Below are positions 46,066 to 55,676 of a stretch of DNA of 64,000 nucleotides, piece by piece. Within the stretch, counting starts at the first letter, position 1. Every line of letters begins with the position of its first letter. Below the pieces are notes generated by a model. The model worked only from the letters and a program-made list of their open reading frames with translations, ran no database searches and was not told the origin of the DNA. The stretch lies in NCBI GenBank assembly GCA_039810045.1, contig JBDHWF010000002.1, positions 2,610-66,609 on the forward strand, in the 5' to 3' direction. This stretch comes from Chloroflexia bacterium. Lineage in GTDB: Bacteria > Chloroflexota > Chloroflexia > Thermomicrobiales > CADCWN01. A program made the position numbers and the translations under genes.

Positions 46066-47637
46066 CTACAGTGGAATATTGCCATGCTTGCGCGGTGGTG
46101 ACAGCTCGCGCTTTGAACGGCAAAGTTCCAGGCCGCTGATCAGCCAGCGGCGGGTCTGGCTTGGCTCGATCACGGCGTCGATATAACCACGCGCCGCTAC
46201 CTCGTACGGATTAGCAAATCGCGCCCGATATTCTTCGGCGTAGGCGGCCGATTGCGCGGGGGGATCAGCGGCCTCCGCCAGTTCGCGGCGGAAGAGGAGG
46301 CCGACTGCCGCTTCTGCGCCCATAACGGCGACTTCGGCTTGCGGCCAGGCGGCGTTCAGGTCGGCCCCAATATGTTTCGAACACATTACGCAATATGCGC
46401 CGCCATAGGCTTTGCGCGTGATCACCGTTAGCTTTGGCACGGTCGCTTCAGAGAAGGCGTAGAGCAGTTTGGCCCCATGCCGGATAATCCCGCCATATTC
46501 TTGCGCGGTTCCTGGTAAGAACCCTGGCACGTCGACAAAGGTGATCAGCGGGATGTTGAACGCATCGCAGGTGCGAACAAACCGTGCGGCTTTCTCGGAG
46601 GCATTAATATCGAGCGTCCCCGCCAGATGGCGTGGCTGGTTCGCCACAATGCCCACGGCATGGCCCGCCAGCCGCGCATAGCCGATGACGATATTCGGGG
46701 CATAGCGTGCCTGAACTTCAAAGAAGTCGCCATCGTCAACGACGCGCTCGATCACATCGAGGATATCGTAGGGCTTATTACTTTGCTCAGGAATCAGCGT
46801 GTCCAGTTCGGGGTCGGCGCGGTCGGGGTCATCCGTTGGCGGGAAGTACGGCGCATCTTCCAGGTTGTTGCTCGGCAGGAAGGAGAGGAGGGCGCGAGTT
46901 TGGGCGAACAGTTCTTCTTCGTCAGCAGCGGCGAAGTGGGCGACTCCGCTGGTGCTGTTGTGGGTACTGGCCCCGCCAAGTTCCTCCTGGGTCACGGTTT
47001 CGCCAGTGACTGTCTTGATGATCTCCGGGCCAGTAATGAACATCTGCGAGATCCCTTCGACCATCAGAATAAAGTCGGTCATCGCGGGAGAATAGACTGC
47101 CCCGCCCGCACAGGGCCCAGCGATCACCGAGATCTGTGGAATCACGCCCGATGCCTGCACATTGCGGTGGAAGATATCGGCGTATCCCGCCAGAGCCACG
47201 ACCCCTTCCTGGATCCGTGCACCACCAGAATCGTTGATCCCGATCATCGGTACACCGAGCTTCAGGGCCAGATCCATCACTTTGACCACTTTTTCGGCAA
47301 AGACCTCGCCCAACGAGCCACCGAAGATCGTGAAATCCTGAGAGAAGACGCAGACTTTGCGGCCCGCAATCGTGCCATAGCCAGTCACGACGCCATCGCC
47401 GAATGGGCGGCGTTCTTCCAGCCCAAAGTTGTAGGAGCGGTGTTGGGCGAGAGCGTCGAACTCGACAAATGAGCCAGGGTCAAGGAGCAGATCGATCCGT
47501 TCGCGGGCTGTCAGCTTGCCGCGCTTGTGCTGACGCTCAGCCCCGGCTGGATCTTCGGTGGTGGCCCGCGTGATCAACTCACGGAACTGGTCGATTTTGC
47601 GTTCGGGGTCCTGGCGCACCGTCTCCTGATCGTCCAT
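46066..47637 (-). CDS. pccB: propionyl-CoA carboxylase beta subunit / carboxyltransferase
   Basis: Carboxyl-transferase family blocks ([51 protein letters not shown]). ATG 47637 follows GGAGGG. Confidence 0.9.
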   Translation of the reverse strand: MDDQETVRQDPERKIDQFRELITRATTEDPAGAERQHKRGKLTARERIDLLLDPGSFVEFDALAQHRSYNFGLEERRPFGDGVVTGYGTIAGRKVCVFSQDFTIFGGSLGEVFAEKVVKVMDLALKLGVPMIGINDSGGARIQEGVVALAGYADIFHRNVQASGVIPQISVIAGPCAGGAVYSPAMTDFILMVEGISQMFITGPEIIKTVTGETVTQEELGGASTHNSTSGVAHFAAADEEELFAQTRALLSFLPSNNLEDAPYFPPTDDPDRADPELDTLIPEQSNKPYDILDVIERVVDDGDFFEVQARYAPNIVIGYARLAGHAVGIVANQPRHLAGTLDINASEKAARFVRTCDAFNIPLITFVDVPGFLPGTAQEYGGIIRHGAKLLYAFSEATVPKLTVITRKAYGGAYCVMCSKHIGADLNAAWPQAEVAVMGAEAAVGLLFRRELAEAADPPAQSAAYAEEYRARFANPYEVAARGYIDAVIEPSQTRRWLISGLELCRSKRELSPPRKHGNIPL

Positions 47638-47670
47638 ATCCCTCCGGGTGGTGATAAGCAACGACGGTCG

Positions 47671-48150
47671 TTAGTGTTCTCTTTTGCGCCCTAGCTTTTT
47701 CCACCAGGGCGGTTTCTCGGCTGGGGGCGGGGTTAGCGTTGATCTTGTTGGCGCTGGTTCCCCACTGAGAATCCGGGCGCGGCGGGCAGTTTCCGCCACT
47801 GCTTCTTCTGCCCCGCTGACCCCACCCCCTGCGGCGGTCAGTGCCGTCGCGTTCGGCACTGGCAGATATTTGCTCTCGCCAAGGGGTAGCCCGGCGGCGC
47901 GTAGAAGTTCCACGCGGACGCGCTCGGCGTGTTCTGGTGCGGCAAAATAATAACCGATCACCTGCCAGAGTTGCTGGACAGCCTCAGCGTAGTCCGCTAC
48001 CTGATGTCGTACTACGAATTGCCGTCCGCGATGGGCTGTCGCCTCGAAGCCATAAGCGATCTCCCATTGTTCACCCACCTGGCGAAGCATGGCGACGTTA
48101 TCATCCTCGCTCCAGATAAACTCAGTTGGCGGTGTTCGTTGTTCAGTCAT
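47671..48150 (-). CDS. hypothetical protein, first gene of the carboxylase operon
   Basis: 159 aa with no recognised motif. Its stop is 9 nt from the extended pccB ORF (47661), or 33 nt from the preferred pccB start (47637), on the same strand. Confidence 0.45.
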   Translation of the reverse strand: MTEQRTPPTEFIWSEDDNVAMLRQVGEQWEIAYGFEATAHRGRQFVVRHQVADYAEAVQQLWQVIGYYFAAPEHAERVRVELLRAAGLPLGESKYLPVPNATALTAAGGGVSGAEEAVAETARRARILSGEPAPTRSTLTPPPAEKPPWWKKLGRKREH

Positions 48151-48247
48151 GATTATCCCGCACTACCTCGTTGCTCACGTCGTCTGGCATCATAGGCGAT
48201 TAAGGTGATCCGACGCAAAGCCACCACCAGCAGCACCCTGAATTGTC

Positions 48248-48276
48248 TTGAAAGATAGAACCCTTTCATGTAGGAT
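48248..48276 (+). promoter_or_regulatory. sigma-70-like promoter candidate upstream of clpP
   Basis: TTGAAA (48248-48253), a 17-nt spacer, then TAGGAT (48271-48276). This lies about 50 nt upstream of ATG 48328. Confidence 0.35.
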
Positions 48277-48327
48277 AGTAAAGTAACAACGCTGGGGTGT
48301 TGCGCTGGAAGTGAGGAGGCATTGGGA

Positions 48328-48960
48328 ATGCGACAGTCAATGCAGCGTGTGCCATATGTGACTGAAGAATCGAGTCGTGGTGAGCGCGTTTATGATGTCT
48401 ATTCACGGCTCCTGAAAGATCGAATTATCTATCTGGGGACGCCGATTGATGATCAGATCGCCAACGTGATCGTGGCGCAGTTGATCTTTCTGGCGGGCGA
48501 AGACCCGAAGCGCGACATTTCGATCTATATCAATTGTCCTGGTGGGCAGGTCTATTCGGGGCTGGCGATTTACGATACGATGCAGTTTATCTCCTGCGAT
48601 GTTGCTACGTACTGTGTGGGCATGGCGGCGTCGATGGGCGCGGTGATTTTGATGGCTGGTACGAAGGGCAAGCGCCAGGCTTTGCAGAACGCGCGGGTGG
48701 TGTTGCACCAGGGGTCCACGGGCTTTCAGGGGGCGATCCCCGATGTGGAGATTCAGGCCCGTGAATCGCTGCGCCTGTCGAAGACAATGAATGCGCTGAT
48801 GGCGCTGCACACCGGGCAAACTGAGGAGAAGATGCACCAGGATACCTTGCGTGACTATTACATGACGGCTGAAGAAGCGCGCGCGTATGGCGTGATCGAC
48901 AATGTTATCAACGGTACGGGCGATGGACAGTCATTGCCGAACACGACCACTACAGGCTGA
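48328..48960 (+). CDS. clpP: ATP-dependent Clp protease proteolytic subunit
   Basis: YSRLLKDRIIYLG, INCPGG, catalytic-Ser context GMAASMGA, and HQ. ATG 48328 lies 8 nt after GAGGAGG. Confidence 0.92.
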   Translation: MRQSMQRVPYVTEESSRGERVYDVYSRLLKDRIIYLGTPIDDQIANVIVAQLIFLAGEDPKRDISIYINCPGGQVYSGLAIYDTMQFISCDVATYCVGMAASMGAVILMAGTKGKRQALQNARVVLHQGSTGFQGAIPDVEIQARESLRLSKTMNALMALHTGQTEEKMHQDTLRDYYMTAEEARAYGVIDNVINGTGDGQSLPNTTTTG

Positions 48961-48986
48961 GGCGAAATCGATCATGATCGCACTGT

Positions 48987-49014
48987 AAGGGGGAGGCCGT
49001 TTGGCCTCCCCCTT
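48987..49014. terminator. bidirectional rho-independent terminator between clpP and ridA
   Basis: Perfect 12-bp stem aagggggaggcc / ggcctccccctt with loop gttt, located between convergent genes. Confidence 0.7.
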
Positions 49015-49048
49015 GCGCATTGCGGATCTATCTTTGCTGAGTGAGCTG

Positions 49049-49432
49049 CTACGAGAGCAGTGCGACGCATTCGACTTCAACCTGGGCTCCGGCTGGCAGG
49101 CGGGCGGCCTGGACAGTGCTGCGGGCCGGTGGCTGGTCAGTGAAATAGCGGGCATAGACGGTGTTGAACGCGGCGAAATCATCGAGGTTGGCGAGGAAGC
49201 AGGTGGTCTTCACGACCTGACCGAAGCTGCTGCCTGCCTCGGCGAGGACGGCCCCCAGGTTTTCCATCACGCGCTCAGTCTGGGCGGTAATATCGCCCTC
49301 AACCAGCTTGCCCGTGGCGGGGTCAAGGGGGATCTGACCAGCAGTAAAGAGTAGGCCGCTGGTGCTGATCGCCTGCGAGTAAGGGCCAATTGCGGCTGGG
49401 GCTTTGCTGGTAGCGATTACGTTCTTGGGCAT
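49049..49432 (-). CDS. ridA: RidA/YjgF/L-PSP family enamine-imine deaminase
   Basis: APAAIGPYSQA, FTAGQIPLDP and the C-terminal VEVECVA motif. ATG 49432 follows GGAAGGA. Confidence 0.88.
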   Translation of the reverse strand: MPKNVIATSKAPAAIGPYSQAISTSGLLFTAGQIPLDPATGKLVEGDITAQTERVMENLGAVLAEAGSSFGQVVKTTCFLANLDDFAAFNTVYARYFTDQPPARSTVQAARLPAGAQVEVECVALLS

Positions 49433-49541
49433 TCCGCCATCCTTCCTGTGCATTGCTGTCGGGTATCCATTGCTGCCAACTGTTGGCAGTGCCTCTATCC
49501 TAGCCGAGTAGTGCGGTCTACGGCAAGTTGCTTATCATTGC

Positions 49542-50675
49542 TCACGAGTGGGCAAGCTGGTCATCTGCGGTTTGGACTGTGCGGGTCTTCCTGAACCCCA
49601 ACCGTCGCCCAAACCAGAGTGCGACATAGACCAGCGCAACCAGAGCTGGCACCTCGATCAGCGGGCCGATCACTGCCGCTAATGCTTCGCCACTCGCGAT
49701 ACCGAAGATACCAACCGCCACCGCGATCGCTAATTCAAAGTTGTTCCCAGCAGCCGTAAAGGCGAGGGTTGTTGTCTGATCGTAGGGGAAGCCTGCCCGC
49801 CAGCCCCACCAGAACGCAACCCCGAACATGATCGCGAAGTAGACCAGGAGCGGCAGGGCCACTCGCAGTACGTCGCTCGGACGCTCCATGATCGTTTTCC
49901 CTTGCAAACTGAACATGATGACGATGGTGAAAAGCAGGGCGATCAGCGCAGTTGGCGCGATCTTGGGCATTGCTATGCCATCGTACCATGCCCGCCCCTT
50001 GAGGCGTAGACCAACCAATCGGCTGATTACTCCGGCGAGGAGGGGGATACCCAAGAAGATCAGGACGCTCGTTGCGACCGCGCCAAAGCCGATTGGTACT
50101 GTCTGGGCAGCGCCTAGGCCGAGCCAGACCGGGAAGACTGCCAGAAAGAGATAGGCATAGAAAGCATACGTCACTACTTGAAAGACGCTGTTAAGGGCGA
50201 CCAGCACGGCGGCGTGTTCGTTGCTGCCGCCCGCCAACTGATTCCAGATCAGGACCATCGCGATACAACGGGCCAAGCCAACGAGAATCAGCCCAGTGCG
50301 GTAGTTCGGGTAATCGGGGAGAAAGAGCCAGGCCAGGGCGAACATTAGGACTGGCCCGATAATCCAGTTGAGCAGCAGCGAAACACCAAAGAGTCGCCAT
50401 GCGCTGCCGATATGCCGCAATTCCTCATATTTCACGCGGGCCAATACCGGGTACATCATCCAGAGCAGGCCGAGGGCGATTGGTAGCGATACTGTGCCTA
50501 CCCGCAGCCGATCAAGCAGTGTGGGCAATCCTGGCACCCACGCGCCCAACCCCAGGCCCAGCGCCATCGCCAGCAAGATCCAGAGCGGCAGAAAGCGGTC
50601 GAGCCAGGAGAGCCGTGCTACGACATCGCGCACCGTTGTAGGCTCTTCTCTTGTTTGCAGCGCGTCACTGACCAT
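49542..50675 (-). CDS. acr3: arsenite efflux permease, ACR3 family
   Basis: LSWLDRFLPLWILLAMALGLGLG N-terminus and 10-TM BART-superfamily organisation. It is located downstream of arsR. Confidence 0.85.
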   Translation of the reverse strand: MVSDALQTREEPTTVRDVVARLSWLDRFLPLWILLAMALGLGLGAWVPGLPTLLDRLRVGTVSLPIALGLLWMMYPVLARVKYEELRHIGSAWRLFGVSLLLNWIIGPVLMFALAWLFLPDYPNYRTGLILVGLARCIAMVLIWNQLAGGSNEHAAVLVALNSVFQVVTYAFYAYLFLAVFPVWLGLGAAQTVPIGFGAVATSVLIFLGIPLLAGVISRLVGLRLKGRAWYDGIAMPKIAPTALIALLFTIVIMFSLQGKTIMERPSDVLRVALPLLVYFAIMFGVAFWWGWRAGFPYDQTTTLAFTAAGNNFELAIAVAVGIFGIASGEALAAVIGPLIEVPALVALVYVALWFGRRLGFRKTRTVQTADDQLAHS

Positions 50676-50765
50676 GCCGTTCCCTTCTGCTCTCCCATAG
50701 CACGATACATCAATGGATATTGATATGATCAAGCGCGGGTTGCCACAATACTCCGCAGCAATGCG

Positions 50766-51068
50766 CTACTCGCAGTTGGCAGGTGTTGGGTCAAAATTGT
50801 CGAGGCTGAGCAGGCGATCAACCTGCTCGCGCAGGGCCGCGGCGGTTGCTGGCACCAACGTATAGTAGGCCCAACGTGCATCTTCGCCGCGCCGATCCTG
50901 CACTAGTCCCGCCCGTTTTAGTACGCCGAGATGGTATGAACAGGTACTCTGTGGCAACGCGAGTGTAGTCATCAGGTCGCAGACACAATGCTCTCGTTGG
51001 GCGAGCAACGCAACAATCGTCAGGCGCAGTGGGTCGCTGAGCGCCTTCAGGGTTGAGGCGAGCGGCAT
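50766..51068 (-). CDS. arsR: ArsR-family metalloregulator
   Basis: LKALSDPLRLTIVALLAQREHCVCDL contains the As(III)-binding CVC motif. wHTH fold. Confidence 0.85.
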   Translation of the reverse strand: MPLASTLKALSDPLRLTIVALLAQREHCVCDLMTTLALPQSTCSYHLGVLKRAGLVQDRRGEDARWAYYTLVPATAAALREQVDRLLSLDNFDPTPANCE

Positions 51069-51221
51069 GAACTCTGCGCGTTGCTCGATAGCTGACGCTA
51101 ACTGTAGTGTTACCACGTGGCAATTGCCCTCAACTGCTCGATATATCAAGATCTACCGATAGAATTTTAGCGTGTGTGAAGATGCAGCACAAGGCGATCG
51201 GGCCGCTATCTGCGCGGGGGA

Positions 51222-51263
51222 AACGCGAGTGGCAACACGCATGAGCGCGTTGCCACTCGCGTT
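51222..51263 (-). terminator. terminator-like hairpin after the aquaporin gene
   Basis: 15-bp stem aacgcgagtggcaac / gttgccactcgcgtt, lying 24 nt beyond the stop at 51287. Confidence 0.5.
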
Positions 51264-51286
51264 GTTGCGTCGGTCGGGTACAGCGG

Positions 51287-52051
51287 TTAGCGGCGTCGGG
51301 CAGCCGCGCGACCTGATGATGAATTCGTGCGTTGTGGGCGGTCTGGCGTTTGCACGTTCGTCACTTCTTCAGGTATTGGCTGGTCGTCAAGCATCGTGAA
51401 CATATAGACCAAGGCAGCGAGTGCGGCCCCAATAAATGGCCCCACCCAGTAAACCCAGGCGGCGGTCCACTCTTGCTGTACCAGCATCGGACCAAACGAG
51501 CGGGCTGGGTTCATCGCTGCGCCGCTGATTCCGCCGCCCATATAGATGTCGGCGGTGATCGTCAGGCCAATTACCAGCCCCGCGATGCCGATTGGGCCGC
51601 GCTTATCAACGGCGACCCCAAAGATGACGAACATCAGGAAGAAGGTCAGGACAATTTCTGCAACCAATGCTTGCCAGTCTTGAATCCCAGTCCCAGGGAG
51701 CGTCGCCCCTAATTTTACCGGGTCGACCATGCTTGCTGGGAGGCTGGCCTTCAGCACTGCCGCTGCGGCTACCGCCCCTAACAGTTCGGCGATCATAAAG
51801 AATATGCCGCGCACTAGTGACAGCTTGCCCGCGATCATCAGCCCCAACGCTACTGCCGGGTTATATACGCCACCAGAGATATGCCCCCCTGCGGCGACCA
51901 TCACGGCAATTGCCAGGCCATGCGCCAGGCCAATGGCGACCAGATCTTTGCCCTGTGTCAGAATAATCGCCCCAGCTCCAAGGAAAATCAGGGCGAATGT
52001 CCCGATAAACTCCATCACTAATGCCGCAACATCTTTGCGTCCGTTTACCAT
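51287..52051 (-). CDS. MIP-family channel (aquaporin/aquaglyceroporin)
   Basis: Two NPA boxes (GGVYNPAVALG and AAMNPARSFG) and six TM segments. ATG 52051 follows GGAGGAG. Confidence 0.88.
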   Translation of the reverse strand: MVNGRKDVAALVMEFIGTFALIFLGAGAIILTQGKDLVAIGLAHGLAIAVMVAAGGHISGGVYNPAVALGLMIAGKLSLVRGIFFMIAELLGAVAAAAVLKASLPASMVDPVKLGATLPGTGIQDWQALVAEIVLTFFLMFVIFGVAVDKRGPIGIAGLVIGLTITADIYMGGGISGAAMNPARSFGPMLVQQEWTAAWVYWVGPFIGAALAALVYMFTMLDDQPIPEEVTNVQTPDRPQRTNSSSGRAAARRR

Positions 52052-52317
52052 CCTTGCTCCTCCATCTTCATCATCAGTGTCGCTTCTCAGACCCACCTAT
52101 GAATGAGGATTACCCACCCGAACACCGCCACCCCGAATCAGCACAAAATATGCCACCCTGAATTCCCTTTGGCCCGCGAAGGTGGTGGACGGCGTGGCGA
52201 TTGCTTGTTACACTCCGTCGCGAATACTGAGTGTACGTATACTCTCATGGTATCATAGATCCAGCCACCCTTGCTAGACCAGACAGGCTTCTCTGGCAGG
52301 GAGAAAGGGATTTCTGG

Positions 52318-53148
52318 ATGAAGCGATGTTCCTTCGGCCCGCTCTTGCTGATTCTGTTGTTACTGGCGGCGTGTAGCACCCAGGCCGCCACCTCCACAGT
52401 GGCACCGCCCACTACTGGCCCCACTCCTGCGGCCAGTACCGTTGTACAGGCAACGACACCACCACTAGCGACAGCGTCACGCGCCGCCAGTGTAACGGTA
52501 GCCTCGCCAACAGTCGCCTCCGCTAGCGCCACGCCTGCCAGCAGTGCCACTGCGCCACCCGTGGTGGTTCCGGCTACGGTGACCCGCGCCAGTACCGTCA
52601 CAACCGGATCGCCGGTAGCTGCTTCGCCAGTGGCGACTGCGGCCCCACCGTTGGGCGCGGCTCCGGCGGGCTGGCAGACCTATAGTGGCAATCGGCGGGC
52701 GCCATTTTCGATCTATTATCCGCCCGGTTGGACCGTGGATGAGTCGCGGGCCAATGAAGGGCGAGTCTACTTTTATGGCCCGGGGGTACGCGAACCTTTT
52801 GAAGATGCGTTATGGGTGCTGATCGCTACTACGGGCAAAGTGGAGCCCACAGCAACGGTTGACGCCCTGCGTGATGACTACCTCAACAGCGAGATCAAGA
52901 ATGGCCACCCCGAAGCTGGCGTTGATGTGACCCGGATGAATCAGTTCTCTGGCCTCACCTTCGCGTCATTGGGCGCAACCTTCAACGCTGCCAACGGGCA
53001 GTTGTGTTATGCCTACATCGGGCTGGGGTTGCGGGGTCAGGTGCCCTGGCGTTTCCGCCTGAATTCAACCTACAGCGACTACGCCCGTAACCTCGATAGC
53101 ACCTTCTCTCCAATGATCGCTTCGCTGAATATCTACGCGAATCCCTAG
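52318..53148 (+). CDS. hypothetical lipoprotein with Thr/Ala/Ser/Pro linker
   Basis: Signal MKRCSFGPLLLILLLLAACS (lipobox), a roughly 100-aa low-complexity linker and an unrecognised C-terminal domain of about 150 aa. ATG 52318 follows GGGAGAAAGGGA. Confidence 0.6.
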   Translation: MKRCSFGPLLLILLLLAACSTQAATSTVAPPTTGPTPAASTVVQATTPPLATASRAASVTVASPTVASASATPASSATAPPVVVPATVTRASTVTTGSPVAASPVATAAPPLGAAPAGWQTYSGNRRAPFSIYYPPGWTVDESRANEGRVYFYGPGVREPFEDALWVLIATTGKVEPTATVDALRDDYLNSEIKNGHPEAGVDVTRMNQFSGLTFASLGATFNAANGQLCYAYIGLGLRGQVPWRFRLNSTYSDYARNLDSTFSPMIASLNIYANP

Positions 53149-53278
53149 TGCGCTGGGGCTACTCCCCTGCTGATCTGGGCAGGGGCGTCCACCCCTCCGT
53201 TATACTTGTGCTATTGCGGGGCTGTTTGGGCGTGGTGTGGGGGTGACGACGCCCTGATGATAGAAGGATTACGCTACG

Positions 53279-53563
53279 GTGAAGCGAAGTGTCTGGATTG
53301 GCTTAGGACTGCTGGCTGGCGTGGTTGGTGCGGCGTTCGTTGGCCGCAAGCAAATCGCCTCAGCGGTGACGCAGGTAACGGGCAGTGCGCCACCACCAGC
53401 GGCAAAGCAGTGGGAGTTCGATCGCAGTGAACTGCAAATGCTGATGGGACAGGTTGTTCGCGAGCAGGCGGCACTGGTGGCTGCTGCGGAGTCTCCTGCG
53501 GAGCGCAATCGTGCAGCGGCGTTCCAGCGCTATTACGAAGGCCGTCTGGCGGCGGTGCGCTAG
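53279..53563 (+). CDS. hypothetical small TM-anchored protein
   Basis: 94 aa with an N-terminal TM helix (VWIGLGLLAGVVGAAFV). A strong terminator lies downstream. Confidence 0.4.
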   Translation: MKRSVWIGLGLLAGVVGAAFVGRKQIASAVTQVTGSAPPPAAKQWEFDRSELQMLMGQVVREQAALVAAAESPAERNRAAAFQRYYEGRLAAVR

Positions 53564-53590
53564 GTCGCGACGTGCTTGACAGTGCCAAGA

Positions 53591-53622
53591 CAACGCCCCC
53601 GATCAACTGATCGGGGGCGTTG
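53591..53622. terminator. bidirectional rho-independent terminator
   Basis: Perfect 14-bp stem caacgcccccgatc / gatcgggggcgttg with loop aact, followed by ttgttg. It lies between convergent genes (53279..53563 and tatA). Confidence 0.7.
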
Positions 53623-53649
53623 TTGTTGACTCGTGGTGCTGCTGACTGT

Positions 53650-53934
53650 CTAGTCGATTTCCTGTCGTTGCAGCGTCACTGTTTCGTGGCGTGGCTCTGG
53701 CTTCTCTGGCAGTGGCGCGGCAGCTGGTGTCGTGGGCTTACGGGTTGGCTCCAGCGAGATCGCCGAGGTCATCGCCTCTTTCGCTTCTTGAAGGTCATCG
53801 GAATGTTTCCGAAACTCGCGCATCCCTTTCCCCAGGGATGAACCGAGTTCGGGTAGTTTGCTTGGCCCAAAGACGATCACCACGATCGCCACGATCAGAA
53901 TAATGTGCATTGGTTGTAATGCGCCCAGCCCCAT
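53650..53934 (-). CDS. tatA: twin-arginine translocase subunit TatA/E
   Basis: HIILIVAIVVIVFGPSKLPELGSSLGKGMREFRK (TM helix, FGP hinge, amphipathic helix). GGGAGGAAG SD. Confidence 0.88.
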   Translation of the reverse strand: MGLGALQPMHIILIVAIVVIVFGPSKLPELGSSLGKGMREFRKHSDDLQEAKEAMTSAISLEPTRKPTTPAAAPLPEKPEPRHETVTLQRQEID

Positions 53935-54111
53935 GATCTTCCTCCCTGATACTGTCTAGTTGGTGATATAGCAAGGGTACCATACGAAACGCTACATAAC
54001 CAGGACGAATGATCAGGGCGCAAGGTTCCCGCGTTGGCTGCCGACCCCACGATTTCAGCACTCCTGGTATAGTGATGGTGGCGAAATACTGGCTCAACAA
54101 GGAGTAGCGCG

Positions 54112-54873
54112 ATGTATGAAGGAATGCTGGCTGAGCGGGTGACCATTCGCGGGATGCATGATGATCTGGTCGATGCTTACATGGCGCGACCACTAGGGCC
54201 TGGCCCCTTCCCTGGCGTGGTGGTGATCCACCATATGCCGGGGTGGGACGAGTGGACCCGCGAAGTCGTGCGAAAATTTGCCCAGCATGGCTACGCCGCG
54301 ATCAGCCCGCACCTCTACTCCCGATTGGGTGAGGGGAGCCCCGATGATCTGGCGGCGAAGGCCCGCGCCCAGGGCGGGGTTGCTGATGATCAGGTGGTGG
54401 CTGATGTCGCTGGGGCCAGTGCCTTTCTTCGCACCCAGCCATACTCCAGTGGAAAGATCGGCGTGATCGGCTTCTGCTCTGGTGGTCGCCACACCTACCT
54501 GACTGCCTGTACCCTGACCGATATTGATGCAGCGGTTGATTGCTGGGGCGGGCAGGTGGTTGTCGACGACCCGGCCCAATTGAGCGAGAAACGCCCGGTT
54601 GCGCCGATTGACCTGACCGCCTCGCTCTGTTGCCCCTTGCTGGGGATTTTCGGCAACGAGGACCATAATCCCACAGTCGATCAGGTCAATCGGACTGAGG
54701 CAGCGTTACAACAACACGGTAAGACCTACGAATTTTATCGCTACGATGGCGCGGGGCACGGTTTCTTCGCTGTGGATCGCCCCGCCTATCGCCCAGAACA
54801 GGCGACTGCTGGCTGGGGCAATGTCTTCGACTTCTATGGGCGGTATCTCGCCCCTGAATCAGCACAAAACTGA
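54112..54873 (+). CDS. dienelactone hydrolase family protein
   Basis: VVIHHMPGWDEW, nucleophile context GVIGFCSGGRH, and C-terminal GAGHGF. AAGGAG SD. Confidence 0.82.
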   Translation: MYEGMLAERVTIRGMHDDLVDAYMARPLGPGPFPGVVVIHHMPGWDEWTREVVRKFAQHGYAAISPHLYSRLGEGSPDDLAAKARAQGGVADDQVVADVAGASAFLRTQPYSSGKIGVIGFCSGGRHTYLTACTLTDIDAAVDCWGGQVVVDDPAQLSEKRPVAPIDLTASLCCPLLGIFGNEDHNPTVDQVNRTEAALQQHGKTYEFYRYDGAGHGFFAVDRPAYRPEQATAGWGNVFDFYGRYLAPESAQN

Positions 54874-54909
54874 CCAGCGCTACCTGGATGAGAGGAGGGA
54901 GGCACAACG

Positions 54910-55176
54910 ATGTGTAGCTATATTACCGAACAGGTCAAGGTGGTCGGCAGTGCGAAAGGGGCTGCGGGCTGGATGACGATTGACACCGCTACAATCTACT
55001 TTGATCATCCTTACCATGCGCCACTTGATCACAGTCTGAATATCGACTTCGTGAACGCTGCCGATGGTGCGCCCGTACGGGTGGCGGTTGAACTGAGCGC
55101 TGAGTCGGCGCGGGAACTGGTGGCGAAGATCTTGGCGGCCCTCGATCAGGGTGCGCTGGCCCACGCCGCTGACTAA
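54910..55176 (+). CDS. hypothetical small protein
   Basis: 88 aa with a strong SD (GGAGGGAGG) and a terminator hairpin downstream. No motif recognised with confidence. Confidence 0.5.
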   Translation: MCSYITEQVKVVGSAKGAAGWMTIDTATIYFDHPYHAPLDHSLNIDFVNAADGAPVRVAVELSAESARELVAKILAALDQGALAHAAD

Positions 55177-55219
55177 TACCATCGCTTCCTGCATTACAGA
55201 ACACGCAGTACAGTGTAAT

Positions 55220-55254
55220 CAGGGGCTACTTCCACTAGCGGGAAGTAGCCCCTG
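55220..55254 (+). terminator. rho-independent terminator candidate
   Basis: 14-bp stem caggggctacttcc / ggaagtagcccctg with a 7-nt loop. Confidence 0.6.
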
Positions 55255-55343
55255 GCGATATGGTGGGAGTTGACGCGCCTGCCGGTTTGGGTGTATAATT
55301 CGGTTGTTGGCGAAATACCGAATTATCGTGGAGGTAGGCCACA

Positions 55344-55676
55344 ATCATCGATCAACTCTTTCGGGCGCTGGGCGACCCGACGCGCCGCGAAATCTTGCGG
55401 ATCTTGCGTGATGGCGACCTCAGTGCTGGCGAGATTGCCGAGCGATTCCCGCTGGCAAAATCGACCCTTTCGGGGCATTTCGCGATTCTGAAGCAGGCGG
55501 GCCTGATCGTTGCCGAACGGCGTGGCACCACGATCCTCTACAGCTTGAGTATTGGCGCGGTGGAGGAAGTGGCTGCGGCAATTCTAGGGCTGCTGGGGAA
55601 AGGCAACCACGACCAACCCGGCGAACCCGATACGGTGGTCCCGGCAAGCGATCCACTCAAGACAGGAGGAAAGTGA
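55344..55676 (+). CDS. ArsR/SdpR-type autorepressor (wHTH), probable non-canonical ATC start
   Basis: IIDQLFRALGDPTRREILRILRDGDLSAGEIAERFPLAKSTLSGHFAILKQAGLI matches SdpR-like proteins from the first helix. In frame between TAG 55335 and TTG 55395 there is no ATG, GTG or TTG. GGAGG (55330-55334) lies 9 nt before ATC 55344. Confidence 0.6.
   Translation: MIDQLFRALGDPTRREILRILRDGDLSAGEIAERFPLAKSTLSGHFAILKQAGLIVAERRGTTILYSLSIGAVEEVAAAILGLLGKGNHDQPGEPDTVVPASDPLKTGGK

Noticed and set aside
48247-48270. Sigma-32-type heat-shock promoter (CTTGAAA) upstream of clpP
   Set aside because: CTTGAAA is present, but the CCCCAT-like element (ccctttcat) follows after only 7 nt instead of 13-15 nt. A plain sigma-70-like reading (TTGAAA-17-TAGGAT) fits better.
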